A stretch of DNA of 64,000 nucleotides from Terriglobia bacterium (GCA_965206645.1 CBDBKE010000004.1:1152001-1216000); one strand, 5' to 3'. Positions 42,630-53,504 are shown, counted from the stretch's first letter. Numbers and translations are program-made. The notes: generated by a model from the sequence alone, not told the origin.

Positions 42630-42760
42630 GGTACTGTCAAGTTAAGCAGTTTGGCGGCATTCTCGCCGCTCGCCGCCACCGCTAAGTCATTGATTCTCAG
42701 TCTCTGATCCAGCAGAATCCTTCCGCAAAACGGGCGGATTCTGCTCAACTTGACAGTACC
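42630..42760 (-). mobile_element. 131-bp MITE, copy 5 (reverse)
   Basis: Same TIRs and interior as the other copies. Confidence 0.9.
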
Positions 42761-43659
42761 TCCGCTGCTCCGCCGTTCGTTCTGCGTGGCGTGCCGCGGG
42801 CGTATAATCAGGTGCACCGATGCACCTCTTTGCGTTGTCTCGCGCTGCGAGGGTGCTTGCGTGGGTTCGACGGCCTCGTTCTGTTTCTCCGGTCTTCCGC
42901 TCCACTGCGATCCTGTCAGCCAGCCTGGTGTTGCTGCTGGCGGGCGGCTGCGGTAGTGGCGAGGCCCCATCTTTCCGAACGGAGGAGACGGAAGCCCCCG
43001 AGCCACCCAAGGAAGTCACCGGGCGCCAGGCCTTTCAGAACATGTTTGTGGCTGCGCGTTCCTGGGCACGCGATGCGAAGCCCTTTCACCTCACCAACTT
43101 CTATCTAAAGCAATCCACCGGAGTCGGGGGCTTAGCCACTGCCTGGACCGCCAGCTTCGCCTCTCCCTCCCTGCGGAAGTACAAAACCTATACCTACTTA
43201 AACAAGTTCGTCATAGTCTCTCCGGGGCTGTGCGTTGTAATCCGATGTCTTGGAATAATCCGGGATCTCCGATTTGAGCTTCCCCTTGGCCCAGAAGCAT
43301 ACGCCAGTGATCTTCTGTGTCAAGCTCAGACACCAGCGTAGAGAGAAGTGGGAGTCTCAGAGCGAGTCCCCGTACCGGTCCCCCCAGGGGGTGCTCTGAG
43401 GCCAATACAGATCCATCTGTTGCGGAGAGCAAAACTGCCGGTTCCCGACGTAAAACCTTTCTCGGTACCCCCGGTGCCTGTGCGGTTGCTCACCCAAGAT
43501 GAAAAGCTGCGTCTTTTCCGAACCGCTGCTAGCAACCCCGATTGGCTTCACAACCGCTTCAGTCTACTCCCTCGGCGATAGGTGTTGGGCAACAAGCGGT
43601 GTTGAGGAACCCTTGCCGAAATTAGGCCTTCGCTAGGTTAAGTAAGTGTCTATCTATGC

Positions 43660-43776
43660 TGCCACGCCGCCCACTTGGATGTATAACGCCCTAACCGGAT
43701 AAGTGCCCTCGTAACACGCAGTGACGCTGCCTCAAGGTAGGCACTTGTCCGGTAAGCCGACTATACGTCCATGTGG
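43660..43776 (+). repeat. ~116-bp dyad-symmetric element, copy 1
   Basis: tgccacgccg-CCACTTGGATGTATA...ccggataagtgcc...ggcacttgtccgg...TATACGTCCATGTGG; repeated at 47198-47313. Confidence 0.85.
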
Positions 43777-43898
43777 AACTTGGTCGAGGCCCGCTTCCAC
43801 GGCTTGGCTAGGGGCGGGAGCCGATGCGCGTTGACCGGCTCGGGGGCGCGCCTGGCACAAGCAAGAGCGGGTGAAGGAGACTCCTGGGCTGGACAGGA

Positions 43899-45602
43899 CT
43901 ACTCGCTGGCCTCGGCTTCCATGAATGCCCGGAGCTTGCGGCTGCGGCTGGGGTGGCGCAGCTTGCGGAGGGCCTTGGCCTCGATCTGACGGATGCGCTC
44001 GCGCGTGACTGCGAAGCTCTGGCCGACCTCCTCCAGGGTGTGCTCGCTGCCGTCCTCCAATCCGAAGCGCATCTTGACCACCTTCTCCTCGCGCGGGGTC
44101 AGCGACTTGAGCACGTGGTCGGTCTGCTCCTTCAGGTTGAGGTTGATGACGGCCTCGACCGGGGAGACCACGCCGCGATCCTCGATGAAGTCGCCCAGGT
44201 GGGAATCCTCCTCTTCGCCGATGGGCGTTTCCAGCGAGATGGGCTCCTGGGCGATCTTGCGCGCCTTGCGCACCTTATCCACCGAGATCTCCATGCGCTT
44301 GCCGATCTCCTCGCTGGTGGGTTCGCGACCGTACTCCTGCACCAACTGGCGCGAGGTGCGGATGAGCTTATTGATCGTCTCGATCATATGCACCGGGATG
44401 CGGATGGTCCGGGCCTGGTCGGCGATGGCACGCGTGATCGCCTGACGAACCCACCAGGTGGCGTAGGTGGAGAACTTGTAGCCGCGGCGGTATTCGAATT
44501 TATCCACCGCTTTCATCAGTCCGATGTTGCCCTCCTGGATCAAGTCCAGGAACTGGAGGCCGCGGTTGGGGTACTTCTTGGCAATGGAGACCACCAGGCG
44601 CAGGTTGGCTTCGACCATCTCCCGCTTGGCCGCTTCGGCCTCCTGTTCCCCGCGCCGGATGATTTGCAAGGTGCGGCGCAGTTCCAGCGCCGAGGCCCCG
44701 GCTTCTTCCTCGATATGCGCGACCTTGGTCTTCAGGTGGCGCATCTGCCGCCGAAGCTCCTTGCTCTCGTCTTCCTTGCCGGCCGCCTGGAGCTTCCTCT
44801 CAATCCGGCCAATGTCGCGCTCCAGCGGGCGCAGGCTATCCACCACCCTGTCAATGTGGTCAATCAAGTGCTTGCGTTCCAAGTGGGTGAACTCTATGGA
44901 ACGGATTTTGCGGGAGATCTGGATCACCACCCTGGCCAGCGCGAAGCGGTAGCGACGGAAATCGCGTGGCTTCTTGGTCTTGGAGACCAGCGCCAGCTTC
45001 TGCCGCCACTGGATGCTCTTCTTGTACAGCTTGTTGCTCCCGTCCACGATCCCGATGACTTCTTCCAGCCTCTCCTGCATTCGCTCATCGGTGAGCTCGT
45101 CGTCATTGAAGACGATAACCCCTTTGATGGACCTCGCCTCTGACTTCAACTCCTCGCCCAGCTTCTGGATTTCCCGGATGATGATCGGGGAGCGGGACAT
45201 GGCCTTCATCACGTTGTTCTGGCCGCGCTCGATCCGTTTGGCGATCTCCACCTCGCCCTCCCGGGTCAGCAGGGGCACCGTGCCCATCTCCCGCAGGTAC
45301 ATGCGAACTGGATCGTTGGTTTTGTCCAGCGAGCCGGGCGTCAGGTCCAGCTCGAGTTCCTCGCCGGCTTCGTCCAGCTTCTTGTCGAAATCCAGCTTGT
45401 CCTCGCCCAGCTTGGTCCCGCCTTCAATGACCTCCATGCCGCCGCCGCCAAAGGTGGTCAGAAGGTCCTCGACGTCGTCCAGCGCCGTGGGGGACTCCGG
45501 GGCCGCCGCCTCGCCGTTGTCGTCGTAAAGCAGATAGCCCTTCTGCTTCCCGCCTATGTGAAGCAACTGTTTAATGTGGTCGAATTTGTCTTCGATGGCC
45601 AA
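43899..45602 (-). CDS. rpoD: Primary-type sigma-70 factor (RpoD), ectopic copy
   Basis: [50 protein letters not shown]...[10 protein letters not shown]; TTG start with GGAGAGGAG RBS. Confidence 0.92.
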   Translation of the reverse strand: MAIEDKFDHIKQLLHIGGKQKGYLLYDDNGEAAAPESPTALDDVEDLLTTFGGGGMEVIEGGTKLGEDKLDFDKKLDEAGEELELDLTPGSLDKTNDPVRMYLREMGTVPLLTREGEVEIAKRIERGQNNVMKAMSRSPIIIREIQKLGEELKSEARSIKGVIVFNDDELTDERMQERLEEVIGIVDGSNKLYKKSIQWRQKLALVSKTKKPRDFRRYRFALARVVIQISRKIRSIEFTHLERKHLIDHIDRVVDSLRPLERDIGRIERKLQAAGKEDESKELRRQMRHLKTKVAHIEEEAGASALELRRTLQIIRRGEQEAEAAKREMVEANLRLVVSIAKKYPNRGLQFLDLIQEGNIGLMKAVDKFEYRRGYKFSTYATWWVRQAITRAIADQARTIRIPVHMIETINKLIRTSRQLVQEYGREPTSEEIGKRMEISVDKVRKARKIAQEPISLETPIGEEEDSHLGDFIEDRGVVSPVEAVINLNLKEQTDHVLKSLTPREEKVVKMRFGLEDGSEHTLEEVGQSFAVTRERIRQIEAKALRKLRHPSRSRKLRAFMEAEASE

Positions 45603-45982
45603 ACCTGCCAACTCCTCTCCAGAACGCCGCCGGCCAGAGGTGGGCCGACACAGACACACTCCAGCCCTTTAGATTAGACGATTTAACTAACAGCGTGTTG
45701 CTCGCTGGTTACCCTGAGCCGTCAAGGCGTGCAAATCTTCTGTAATTATCCTCAGGTCACGTTTCTGAACCAGATCGGAGGTATGGGCCCTAACTTGAGC
45801 CGCATTCATTTTCCGTTGGGCATTTTCTGCCTCATTCCATGATGGCATGGCAAAAGGAATTATAGAACTCAAGCATCTGCTGATCTGGCAGGACCTCGAC
45901 GAACTCCACGCCGCAGCCATGCACTTGGTGGCGTACTAAACGATCTCTTCGGCCTCACCTAGGGAGAACCGCAAATAACGAT

Positions 45983-46192
45983 CTATTCTGCCCGGCGCCG
46001 ATCCAGGTCGCTCCTTCGACGTGGCCCGCTACGCCGTTCCGGGAAGACAAAGCTCCAGTTCCTCAACCTCCGGCAGGTAGGGCAGTATTTCTCGACAGGA
46101 TTTTCCTTCATACCTTCTGGCGATTGGTCATCATGAATGAGGAGAGACGTGCAGATGCCACAGCTTTCGCACTTGAAGACGCGGGATGGCAT
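45983..46192 (-). CDS. Small Zn-ribbon protein (2x CxxC) with Arg-rich ERR/DRR tail
   Basis: CESC...CPTC...PERRSGPRRRSDLDRRR; disrupted paralogue around 37570-37732/39013. Confidence 0.6.
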   Translation of the reverse strand: MPSRVFKCESCGICTSLLIHDDQSPEGMKENPVEKYCPTCRRLRNWSFVFPERRSGPRRRSDLDRRRAE

Positions 46193-47197
46193 TTGGCTCG
46201 GCTTCGGCCGCTTCGCCCAAGTGATTCTGACGTCCGACGGCTTCCTCCTTGCTCCCAGGGCGGCCCAATCATCCTCATCCCAAAACCCCAGAAGATTTGA
46301 ACCTGGAACTAACCAGCAGGCTGTTTGTGTCTCGGCAGGGTGATAGCTGACAGGCTGCCTGAACGCTGCCCGTCCGCCTCAGCTCGGCCAGCGCGCCAGC
46401 AGCAGGATCTTCCCGGTGGGAAGATGCGCGATATAGAAACTCTCGCCCGCCCACTCCAGGACGAACAGGTAGGGATGGCGGGGATCTGGCCGGGCCGGGC
46501 AGTTTTGTTCCAAAGCCCCCCCAAGCCGTTCGACGACTTCTGGCCCGTAACCGCGGACATCGTCGACCGCAGACGCAATCCCAGCGGCCATCATTGCCAC
46601 ATTGCCTCCTGAGGCTCTAAACACGTTAGTCAATGCAAAGTTTCTCCACAGGGAAATCCCTTGAAACCGCAATTCTTAAGGGAGGTTTTCACGAAAGAAA
46701 TAGAGCCGATCTTAATTGGTCGAACCCACCGCCATCATAAGAACATATCAAGTATGACCCTTCGGTCACCGTAAAGATACTGCATATAGGTGAACTGCGT
46801 GATAATGGGGCTCAGCGGGCTTCCGGTAGCCTTGAGGCGGAATTTCCGATTTGAGTTCATCCCCTACAGTCCCCATGACACATGTGAATCAAGCCGGAAT
46901 TAGCTTTTTGGCCCTCCGGCACTCGTGAGTATACAACCATTGGCCTCCAACTGAACCCTTCCAGCACAGTTCTTCTCTCTGGGGGCTCCGAGCGGTCCTC
47001 GCCGGGTCCTGAAAGCCCGTCGTCTCGGCTTATGAAGGCTCCAATGCCCACCATAAAGGGTCCCATCTAGCCCGGCTCGGCTCTCTTCGCTAGGGTTGGC
47101 TCGCAGAGCGGGTTAAAATGGCGGCTTCAGGGGGGAGGACTACTGATGCCGAAGTATCGCATCAAGAACAAGCAACCGCCGGCGCCTCGTCCGGCGG

Positions 47198-47313
47198 TGC
47201 CACGCCGTCCACTTGGCTGTATAACGCGCTAACCGGACAAGTGCCCTCGTAACACGCAGTGACGCTGCCTTAAGGTAGGCACTTGTCCGGATAGCCGACT
47301 ATACGTCCAAGTG
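47198..47313 (+). repeat. ~116-bp dyad-symmetric element, copy 2
   Basis: Direct repeat of 43660-43776. Confidence 0.85.
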
Positions 47314-47695
47314 ACCGCTGACGTCAGAGAAGGAGCCGCAAGGCGCTGGGGTACTTTCCGAGTCGGCGAGCATTCGGAAGTTGGCAGCCGGACCGGAAAG
47401 AACTAGCGGACAGTGAATCACCGGGCGGTAACAAAGGGCAAAAACCACCGCGATCGGCAGCAGCACGAGCAGCCACATGCCGAATCGGATTCGGCGTTCG
47501 CGGCGAATTTTTAACCCTGCGCCGTCGATGGTTCCGCCCATATCACACCCTACCCAACCGGAGACTGTTTAATGGGCCACGGACGTGGGTGGACTCTTGC
47601 TCAATATCTAGCGCTTGGCTGGACTTCAAAGCAATGGCCTGTTGGTGCCATGAGTCCACACCGCGCCGGGCCTCACGAAGGTAATATCTGCAGGT

Positions 47696-48727
47696 TTACA
47701 CGATGTGAAGAGGTACGACCCGACTCTCGTTTGCAGATCGATAGATGGCCTGCATGATGGTGACGTCCTTCAAGCCATCGGCGCCGCTGGGTTCGGGGTC
47801 GCGGCGGCGGCGGATGGCATCCGCAAAGGCGTCGAGTTCGAGAGCGAACTCATCCAGTGGTCTAAACTTCTTTTCAAACCACCGCCCGCCGATCTCTCCA
47901 AACATCCGGCGCTCTATGCCGACATGGAATACCGGGTTGACAGTGACCCAGCCTTTGTCGCCGATAACGTGGAAAAATGATGACGCCGCGCCGCCGAAAC
48001 TCGAGCTGGCCTGAAGGATGATTCCCCCGGGAAACTTGAGCTGGAATGCGATATGTTCCTCAACCTCGCGAAAGCCCGCTGGGTCGTGAGTCCAGGCATA
48101 GGCGAGGGCCTCCACCGGATCCCGCCCCAAGAGCCAGCGTGATGTGTTGATGCAATAGATCCCCAGGTCGAAGAGAGAGCCGCCGCCCGCCTGTTTCTTT
48201 TCGAAGTGCCATGGCAGGGCGCCAGGTGTGCCCGGAGAGAGATTGATCGCAAGCGCCGAGTGCAGTAATTTGAGCCGGCCGAGTTTGCCGCTCGTAAACA
48301 GTTTCTTCAGCAGGAGCGTCGCGGGATCGAAATATTTGCGGTATGCGATCATCAGCCGGACGTTGCGGGCGCGGCAGGCTTCGATGATTTGCCGGCATTC
48401 CCCGGCCGAGTTCGCCATGGGCTTTTCGCAAAGGACGTGCTTGCCAGATTGGGCGGCTCGTATCGAGTATTCTGCGTGCGTCCCGTTGGACGTGGCAATG
48501 AAAACGGCGTTCACCTTGGGGTGGTTGAGAGCAAGGACATAGTCGTCGTACGTGTAGTAATCGCTGGCCCCGAACTTTCGCGCCAGTCGACGGGCTTTCC
48601 GCGCGTCCCCGCTTACCAGCGCCACGAGCTTGGCTTTTTTGCTGTGGCGAAAGGCCGGCAAAACGGCGACCTCCGAGATATGTCCAAGGCCAACTACCGC
48701 GTAACCAATCTGCGTCTTCAGTGACAT
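47696..48727 (-). CDS. Gfo/Idh/MocA oxidoreductase
   Basis: VGLGHI, GKHVLCEKPM, GGGSLFDLGIY. Confidence 0.92.
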   Translation of the reverse strand: MSLKTQIGYAVVGLGHISEVAVLPAFRHSKKAKLVALVSGDARKARRLARKFGASDYYTYDDYVLALNHPKVNAVFIATSNGTHAEYSIRAAQSGKHVLCEKPMANSAGECRQIIEACRARNVRLMIAYRKYFDPATLLLKKLFTSGKLGRLKLLHSALAINLSPGTPGALPWHFEKKQAGGGSLFDLGIYCINTSRWLLGRDPVEALAYAWTHDPAGFREVEEHIAFQLKFPGGIILQASSSFGGAASSFFHVIGDKGWVTVNPVFHVGIERRMFGEIGGRWFEKKFRPLDEFALELDAFADAIRRRRDPEPSGADGLKDVTIMQAIYRSANESRVVPLHIV

Positions 48728-48789
48728 TTATCCCTACAACTCCCGGTCGACCGCCCACCGCCGGTCATTAGGTAGTTTCATTATCATCC

Positions 48790-50077
48790 TGACCTGACCG
48801 GCACTTTTTGTACCAAGTGGAAAGAGAGAGAATCCACTTGAGGAGGAAGTGAGGTCATGCCGACAAGGAGTTACAAGCCGGAGCAGATTGTAGCGGTGCT
48901 ACGGCAGATAGAAGTGCAGATGGGGAACGGGAAGACTGCGCCCCAAGCCTGCAAAGAAGCTGGAATCCACACCCAAACCTACTACCGGTGGCGGAAGGAA
49001 TACGGCGGGCTGAAGGTGGTGCAGGCAAAACGGCTAAAGGAGTTGGAGAAGGAAAACACGCGGCTGAAGCGGTTGGTAGCGGAGCTTTCTCTGGAGAAGC
49101 AGGTGCTGCGGGATGTGGCACAGGGAAACTTCTGAGCCCTGAGCGGCGGCGTTGTGCGGTGGAGCGTGCGTGGGAGCAACACGGGTTGTCGGAACGGCAT
49201 GCCTGCCGGCTGCTGGGGCAATGGCGAGGGACACAACGATACGAGCCGATTCATCGGGTGGACGAGGATGCTCTGACCCGAGCGATCATTGCCCTGGGAG
49301 CGAAGTACGGGCGATATGGCTACCGGAGGATCACAGCGTTGCTGCGGAGTGCGGGCTGGGAAGTGGGCAAGGACCGGGTGCAGCGGATTTGGCGGCGGGA
49401 AGGGCTGAAAGTGCCGCAAAAACAAAGGCCGCGAGGACGGCTGTGGCTGAACGACGGTTCCTGTGTACGACTGAGGCCGGAGCGACCGAACCACGTGTGG
49501 AGCTACGACTTCATGAGTGCCAGAACGCACGAGGGGAGAACGCTGCGGCTGCTGACCTTGCTGGATGAGTACACGCGGGAATGCCTGGCGATCCGGGTGG
49601 AGCGGAGGATGGGCAGCCAACAAATCATTGAGGCGTTGTCGGACGTGATGTTGTGGCGAGGGATACCGGAACAGATTCGATCCGACAATGGTCCCGAGTT
49701 CATCGCCAAACAACTGCGCCAGTGGTTGGCAAATCTAGGGACCGGGACACTGTACATCGAACCGGGCAGTCCCTGGGAGAACGGGTACTGCGAGAGTTTC
49801 AATGGGAAGCTGCGGGACGAATGCCTGAATGGAGAGATCTTCTACTCGTTGAAGGAGGCACAGGTGGTGATTGAACAGTGGAGGGTGCAATACAACACGG
49901 TGCGGCCGCACTCGGCGCTCGGCTATAGGCCCCCGGCGCCGGGGGCCTATAGCCCTCCCCTGCCACTGAAACCAGTGACTGGCTCTATAGCCCTCCCCTG
50001 CCACTGAAACCAGTTTCACAGCCCCAGGCTGCGATGTGAACTCTCACTACGGTTGGTACAAAAAATCGGTCTGGTCA
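48790..50077 (+). mobile_element. IS3-family element B, copy 2, with a 38-bp internal insertion near the OrfB end
   Basis: Near-identical to 26713-27962. Confidence 0.93.
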
Positions 50078-50756
50078 CTGCCACATTGTGGGAAGTGCGC
50101 TCCCTAAGACCCGGAATACGCTCCGCGACGTCCTTGCGGAATTCGAATCTAGTAACCAAAGGGTACTTAGCATCAAAATTCCCTCTGACTTGAACGCTAA
50201 CGTGGTTGCTAATCTTAACGTCAGTGTAGACTAGGAACGCGCGAATTGCCGCCTGGACTGGGTTAAGGTTCATTAACGGCTGAATCCGTGAGTCGAGAAC
50301 TACTTCTTGACATCGCGAGAACAACCACAAGCAGGTTCCTCCCAACTCAGGGTTATCTTCTAGGCCGGGCTTCTCATCGGCCAGTCGAGACAGGAAAACT
50401 ATAAGCCACTCGTTCTTCTTAGGCTTAACGCGTGTTCCCTTGTACCTAAATAGACCGCAGAAAAAGTCGGTGGGGTCTGACGATAGCGCTACAGCTACGG
50501 CGAGTTCGTTCGGGCAGTCGCGTAATAGGCGAATCGCGGAAGGAATGTCGCGCAAGCGTACCAGATGCTCCGCCACGAGGTATTCCTGGATTGATTTGTG
50601 AGAGAACTCATAAGTATCGTAGGTGGCTTTGATAATTATCCCTGTGTGTGATTCGATTTCCCTGCAGACTGTGTCGGCGTCGATTGCCGGTAGGTTAAAT
50701 CTCCTGCATATCAACAAGTAGATTTCGCGTAGCTTGGCGAGAGTGAAGGAGGTCCC
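50078..50756 (-). pseudogene. C-terminal part of a NACHT/STAND NTPase
   Basis: IESHTGIII...YEFSHKSIQEYLVAEHL winged-helix motif; low GC; clipped by IS3 elements on both sides. Confidence 0.7.
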
Positions 50757-52018
50757 TGACCTGCCCCCGGTTATTGGTCCACCTTCCATGGTAGTCCATA
50801 CGCCGTTGCAGCCGGGTGGAGCGGAGCGGAACCCGGCGGTAACGGCAGGATCACTTCCGGGGCTGGCGGCCGGTAGCCCAACGCGCTGTGCGGGCGAACT
50901 CTGTTATACTCCCGCCGCCATCCCTCAATCAACACCTTCGCTTCCCGCAAGGTGTAAAAGATCTCTCCATTCAGAAGCTCGTCTCGAAACTTCCCGTTAA
51001 ACGATTCCACATACCCGTTTTCCCAGGGGCTCGCAGGCTCGATGAACAGGGTTTTCACCCCGACCCGTTCCAGCCAGTCCCGTACCAACCGAGCGGTGAA
51101 CTCGGACCCATTATCCGAGCGAAGGTAATCGGGAACTCCCCGCTCCACAAACAAGGCTGCTAGCCGTTCCAAAACACTCATCGAATCGGCTCGCCGTTCT
51201 ACGTCGATCGCCAAACACTCTCGCGTGTATTCATCCACCACCGTCAAGATCTTCAGTGGACGACCATCGTGGGTTCGATCTGCCACAAAATCGTACGCCC
51301 AGACATGATCCTGCCAGCACGGTCTTAACCGAAGGCACGACCCATCGTTCAACCACAGCCGGCCTCTGCGGGGCTGTTTCTTCGGCACTTTCAGTCCCTC
51401 CTGCCGCCAGATTCTCTCTACCCGCTTGTGGTTCACCCGCCACCCCTCCCGGCGCAACAGCGCCGTGATCCGCCGATAGCCATAACGGCCGTACTCGCCG
51501 GCTAACTGCAGCGTCCGAGTTGCCAGGCTCGGTTCATCCTGTGGCGCCAAGGTTCGATGCCGTTGCGTGGATCGATTCTGTCCTACCACCCGACACGCCC
51601 GCCGCTCCGACACCCCCATGGCTTGGCAGACATGCTTCACTGCCTGCCGCCGTCGGGGCGGGCTCAGAAGTTTCCCGAGGATGTCTCCTTCAGAATCGCA
51701 AGGTCCAACGCCTGATCTGCTACCAACTTCTTCAGTCGGCCATTCTCCCCTTCCAGTTCCTTCAGACGCCTCACCTGATCCACTCGTAAGCTCCCGTACT
51801 CCTTCCGCCATCGGTAATAGGTCTGCTCCGTAATTCCCAACTTCCGACAGACCCCTCCCGTTGTCTGGCCCTTGGCCAGCTCCACTTCCGCCTCTCGTAG
51901 ATGTCGGATGATCTGTTCGGCTGGATATCGCTTCTTCGGCATTCCTCCCCCCTTCCATGTCCAGTCCGTACCCTAACCTCTAACTTATCAACTGGACCGA
52001 TTGAAGGGGGGCAGGTCA
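50757..52018 (-). mobile_element. IS3-family element C; OrfA 51664-51942, OrfB to 50771
   Basis: TGACCTGCCCCC TIRs; GGGAAAC slippery site; DDE motifs. Confidence 0.93.
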
Positions 52019-52355
52019 ATCTAGCTTTCGAGGGCGGTCGAAGAACGCATAGCGCGACGCCATGGCGACGCCCTTTTCTGCGTCCCATTCTTCCAGAAGC
52101 AGATTGGTAATCTTCCTATATATAGTCCTGGCGCAGGCAACTTTACTTGGCGCTCATACAACCATAGCGCCCCGTAGGGGGCACAGGGTCGCAGCCGCTT
52201 CTAGGGATACCCCAAGGCGCACAGGTGGTCTAGACGCCCCTCGATGGCGCGGAGCCTGTGCAGCTGGCTGCGTCCGCCGGCATTTCTGACCTCTTCGCTT
52301 CTCGGGGGGCTTCGGTTTTGGGTGCTTCCGCAATCAACTGTTGGCAGGTCAGGTC

Positions 52356-53039
52356 TCAGGAAGGGGGGATCTCCTCGGGATAGTCGAACGGGTCTTCCAC
52401 CTCCACTACTTCCGCCGCCCGGATGAACTCACGATTCCACCGGAAATAGACGAATGCCGAGACCGCACCTAGTCCGAAACCGATGGCGTGGGTCCGGCAG
52501 CTGACGTTTTCCTGAAGCGTCGACGGCAACAGGACCACCAGTACGATGCCTACCGCCCGCACGACCCGCTTCCCGAGACCCAGGCTGCGATCCACGAGCA
52601 GGTTCATGCTCAGCCAGAAACCCACCATCCAATAGACCAATCCTGACGCCCCCACCAAACTGACCTCGGGAGGATAGGTCAGCAGGGAAAGATAGTTAGT
52701 CAACCCGGCCAGAGCCAGACCCAGAACCGGGAAGACCCAGAAGCCGAAGTATCCAAAGAGTAGATAGCTGAAGAAGGCGAGGAAGATGGCGTTGGAGAGA
52801 AAGTGCGCCATGTCCGTGTGCACCACTATGGCCGTCATCAGTCTCCAGTATTCATGTTCCTCTAGAGCCCCTTCCGAAGTGGCGGCAAGAGTCGGAAGGA
52901 GAGCCGCTCCGTTCTGCCAGGCTAGCAGGGAAATCCCCAGAATCGTCAAGACGGAGAGTGCCCCAACTTCCAGGCTGTACTCGCGCGGCTTTCGCGACAG
53001 GAGAGTCTCTAGGACACGGCGGGACGGAAAACTTTCCAT
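52356..53039 (-). CDS. Rhomboid-family protease, copy 2
   Basis: Close paralogue of 24243-24923; the shared sequence extends ~85 bp upstream. Confidence 0.88.
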   Translation of the reverse strand: MESFPSRRVLETLLSRKPREYSLEVGALSVLTILGISLLAWQNGAALLPTLAATSEGALEEHEYWRLMTAIVVHTDMAHFLSNAIFLAFFSYLLFGYFGFWVFPVLGLALAGLTNYLSLLTYPPEVSLVGASGLVYWMVGFWLSMNLLVDRSLGLGKRVVRAVGIVLVVLLPSTLQENVSCRTHAIGFGLGAVSAFVYFRWNREFIRAAEVVEVEDPFDYPEEIPPS

Positions 53040-53223
53040 GACCTAATCTTACCGCAGCGAAGGCGGAGGCTGCGGTCACGGTTCAGCTTCCCCCAAAGTT
53101 CCCGGTTTCCAATCCGGGTTCCCCTGCTAGTTTGTTAGGAACGCCCCACGATCGCGCAGGATAGCCCACTACGCCTCCTGATATGGTTGGACTGGCATAG
53201 CAGCCTAAGACAAAGCGGGAGTC

Positions 53224-53322
53224 CGGATAGGTCCACACTAACGGGCTAGTGTTTACCTATCTTCTGCCTGGATGGCGTGACGCGGATTAGTAAACGCCAA
53301 CCGACTAGTGGGGGCCTATCCG
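53224..53322. repeat. 99-bp imperfect palindrome; left arm recurs inverted at 41412-41452
   Basis: 38-bp arms (28/38 complementary by my count) around a 23-bp loop. Confidence 0.7.
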
Positions 53323-53504
53323 CTCGAAGTGGCCGGTCAGCGACGGCTAGTGAACGCCACCAAAAGGGCGATGCCAATGACTACGATAAGCCAAATTGGA
53401 ACGCTAATCTCCTGGAACACTCGTGCCCTCCTCGAGTGGAGCGCAGTGTAGTGCTTTGTTCTGAGGTAAGTCAATGGGCTACGCGGTTGAGGTCAAGCAA
53501 TGAC

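Noticed and set aside
41950-43560. Intact prophage or integrative element
   Set aside because: Only Xis and integrase fragments; no structural, replication or conjugation genes.
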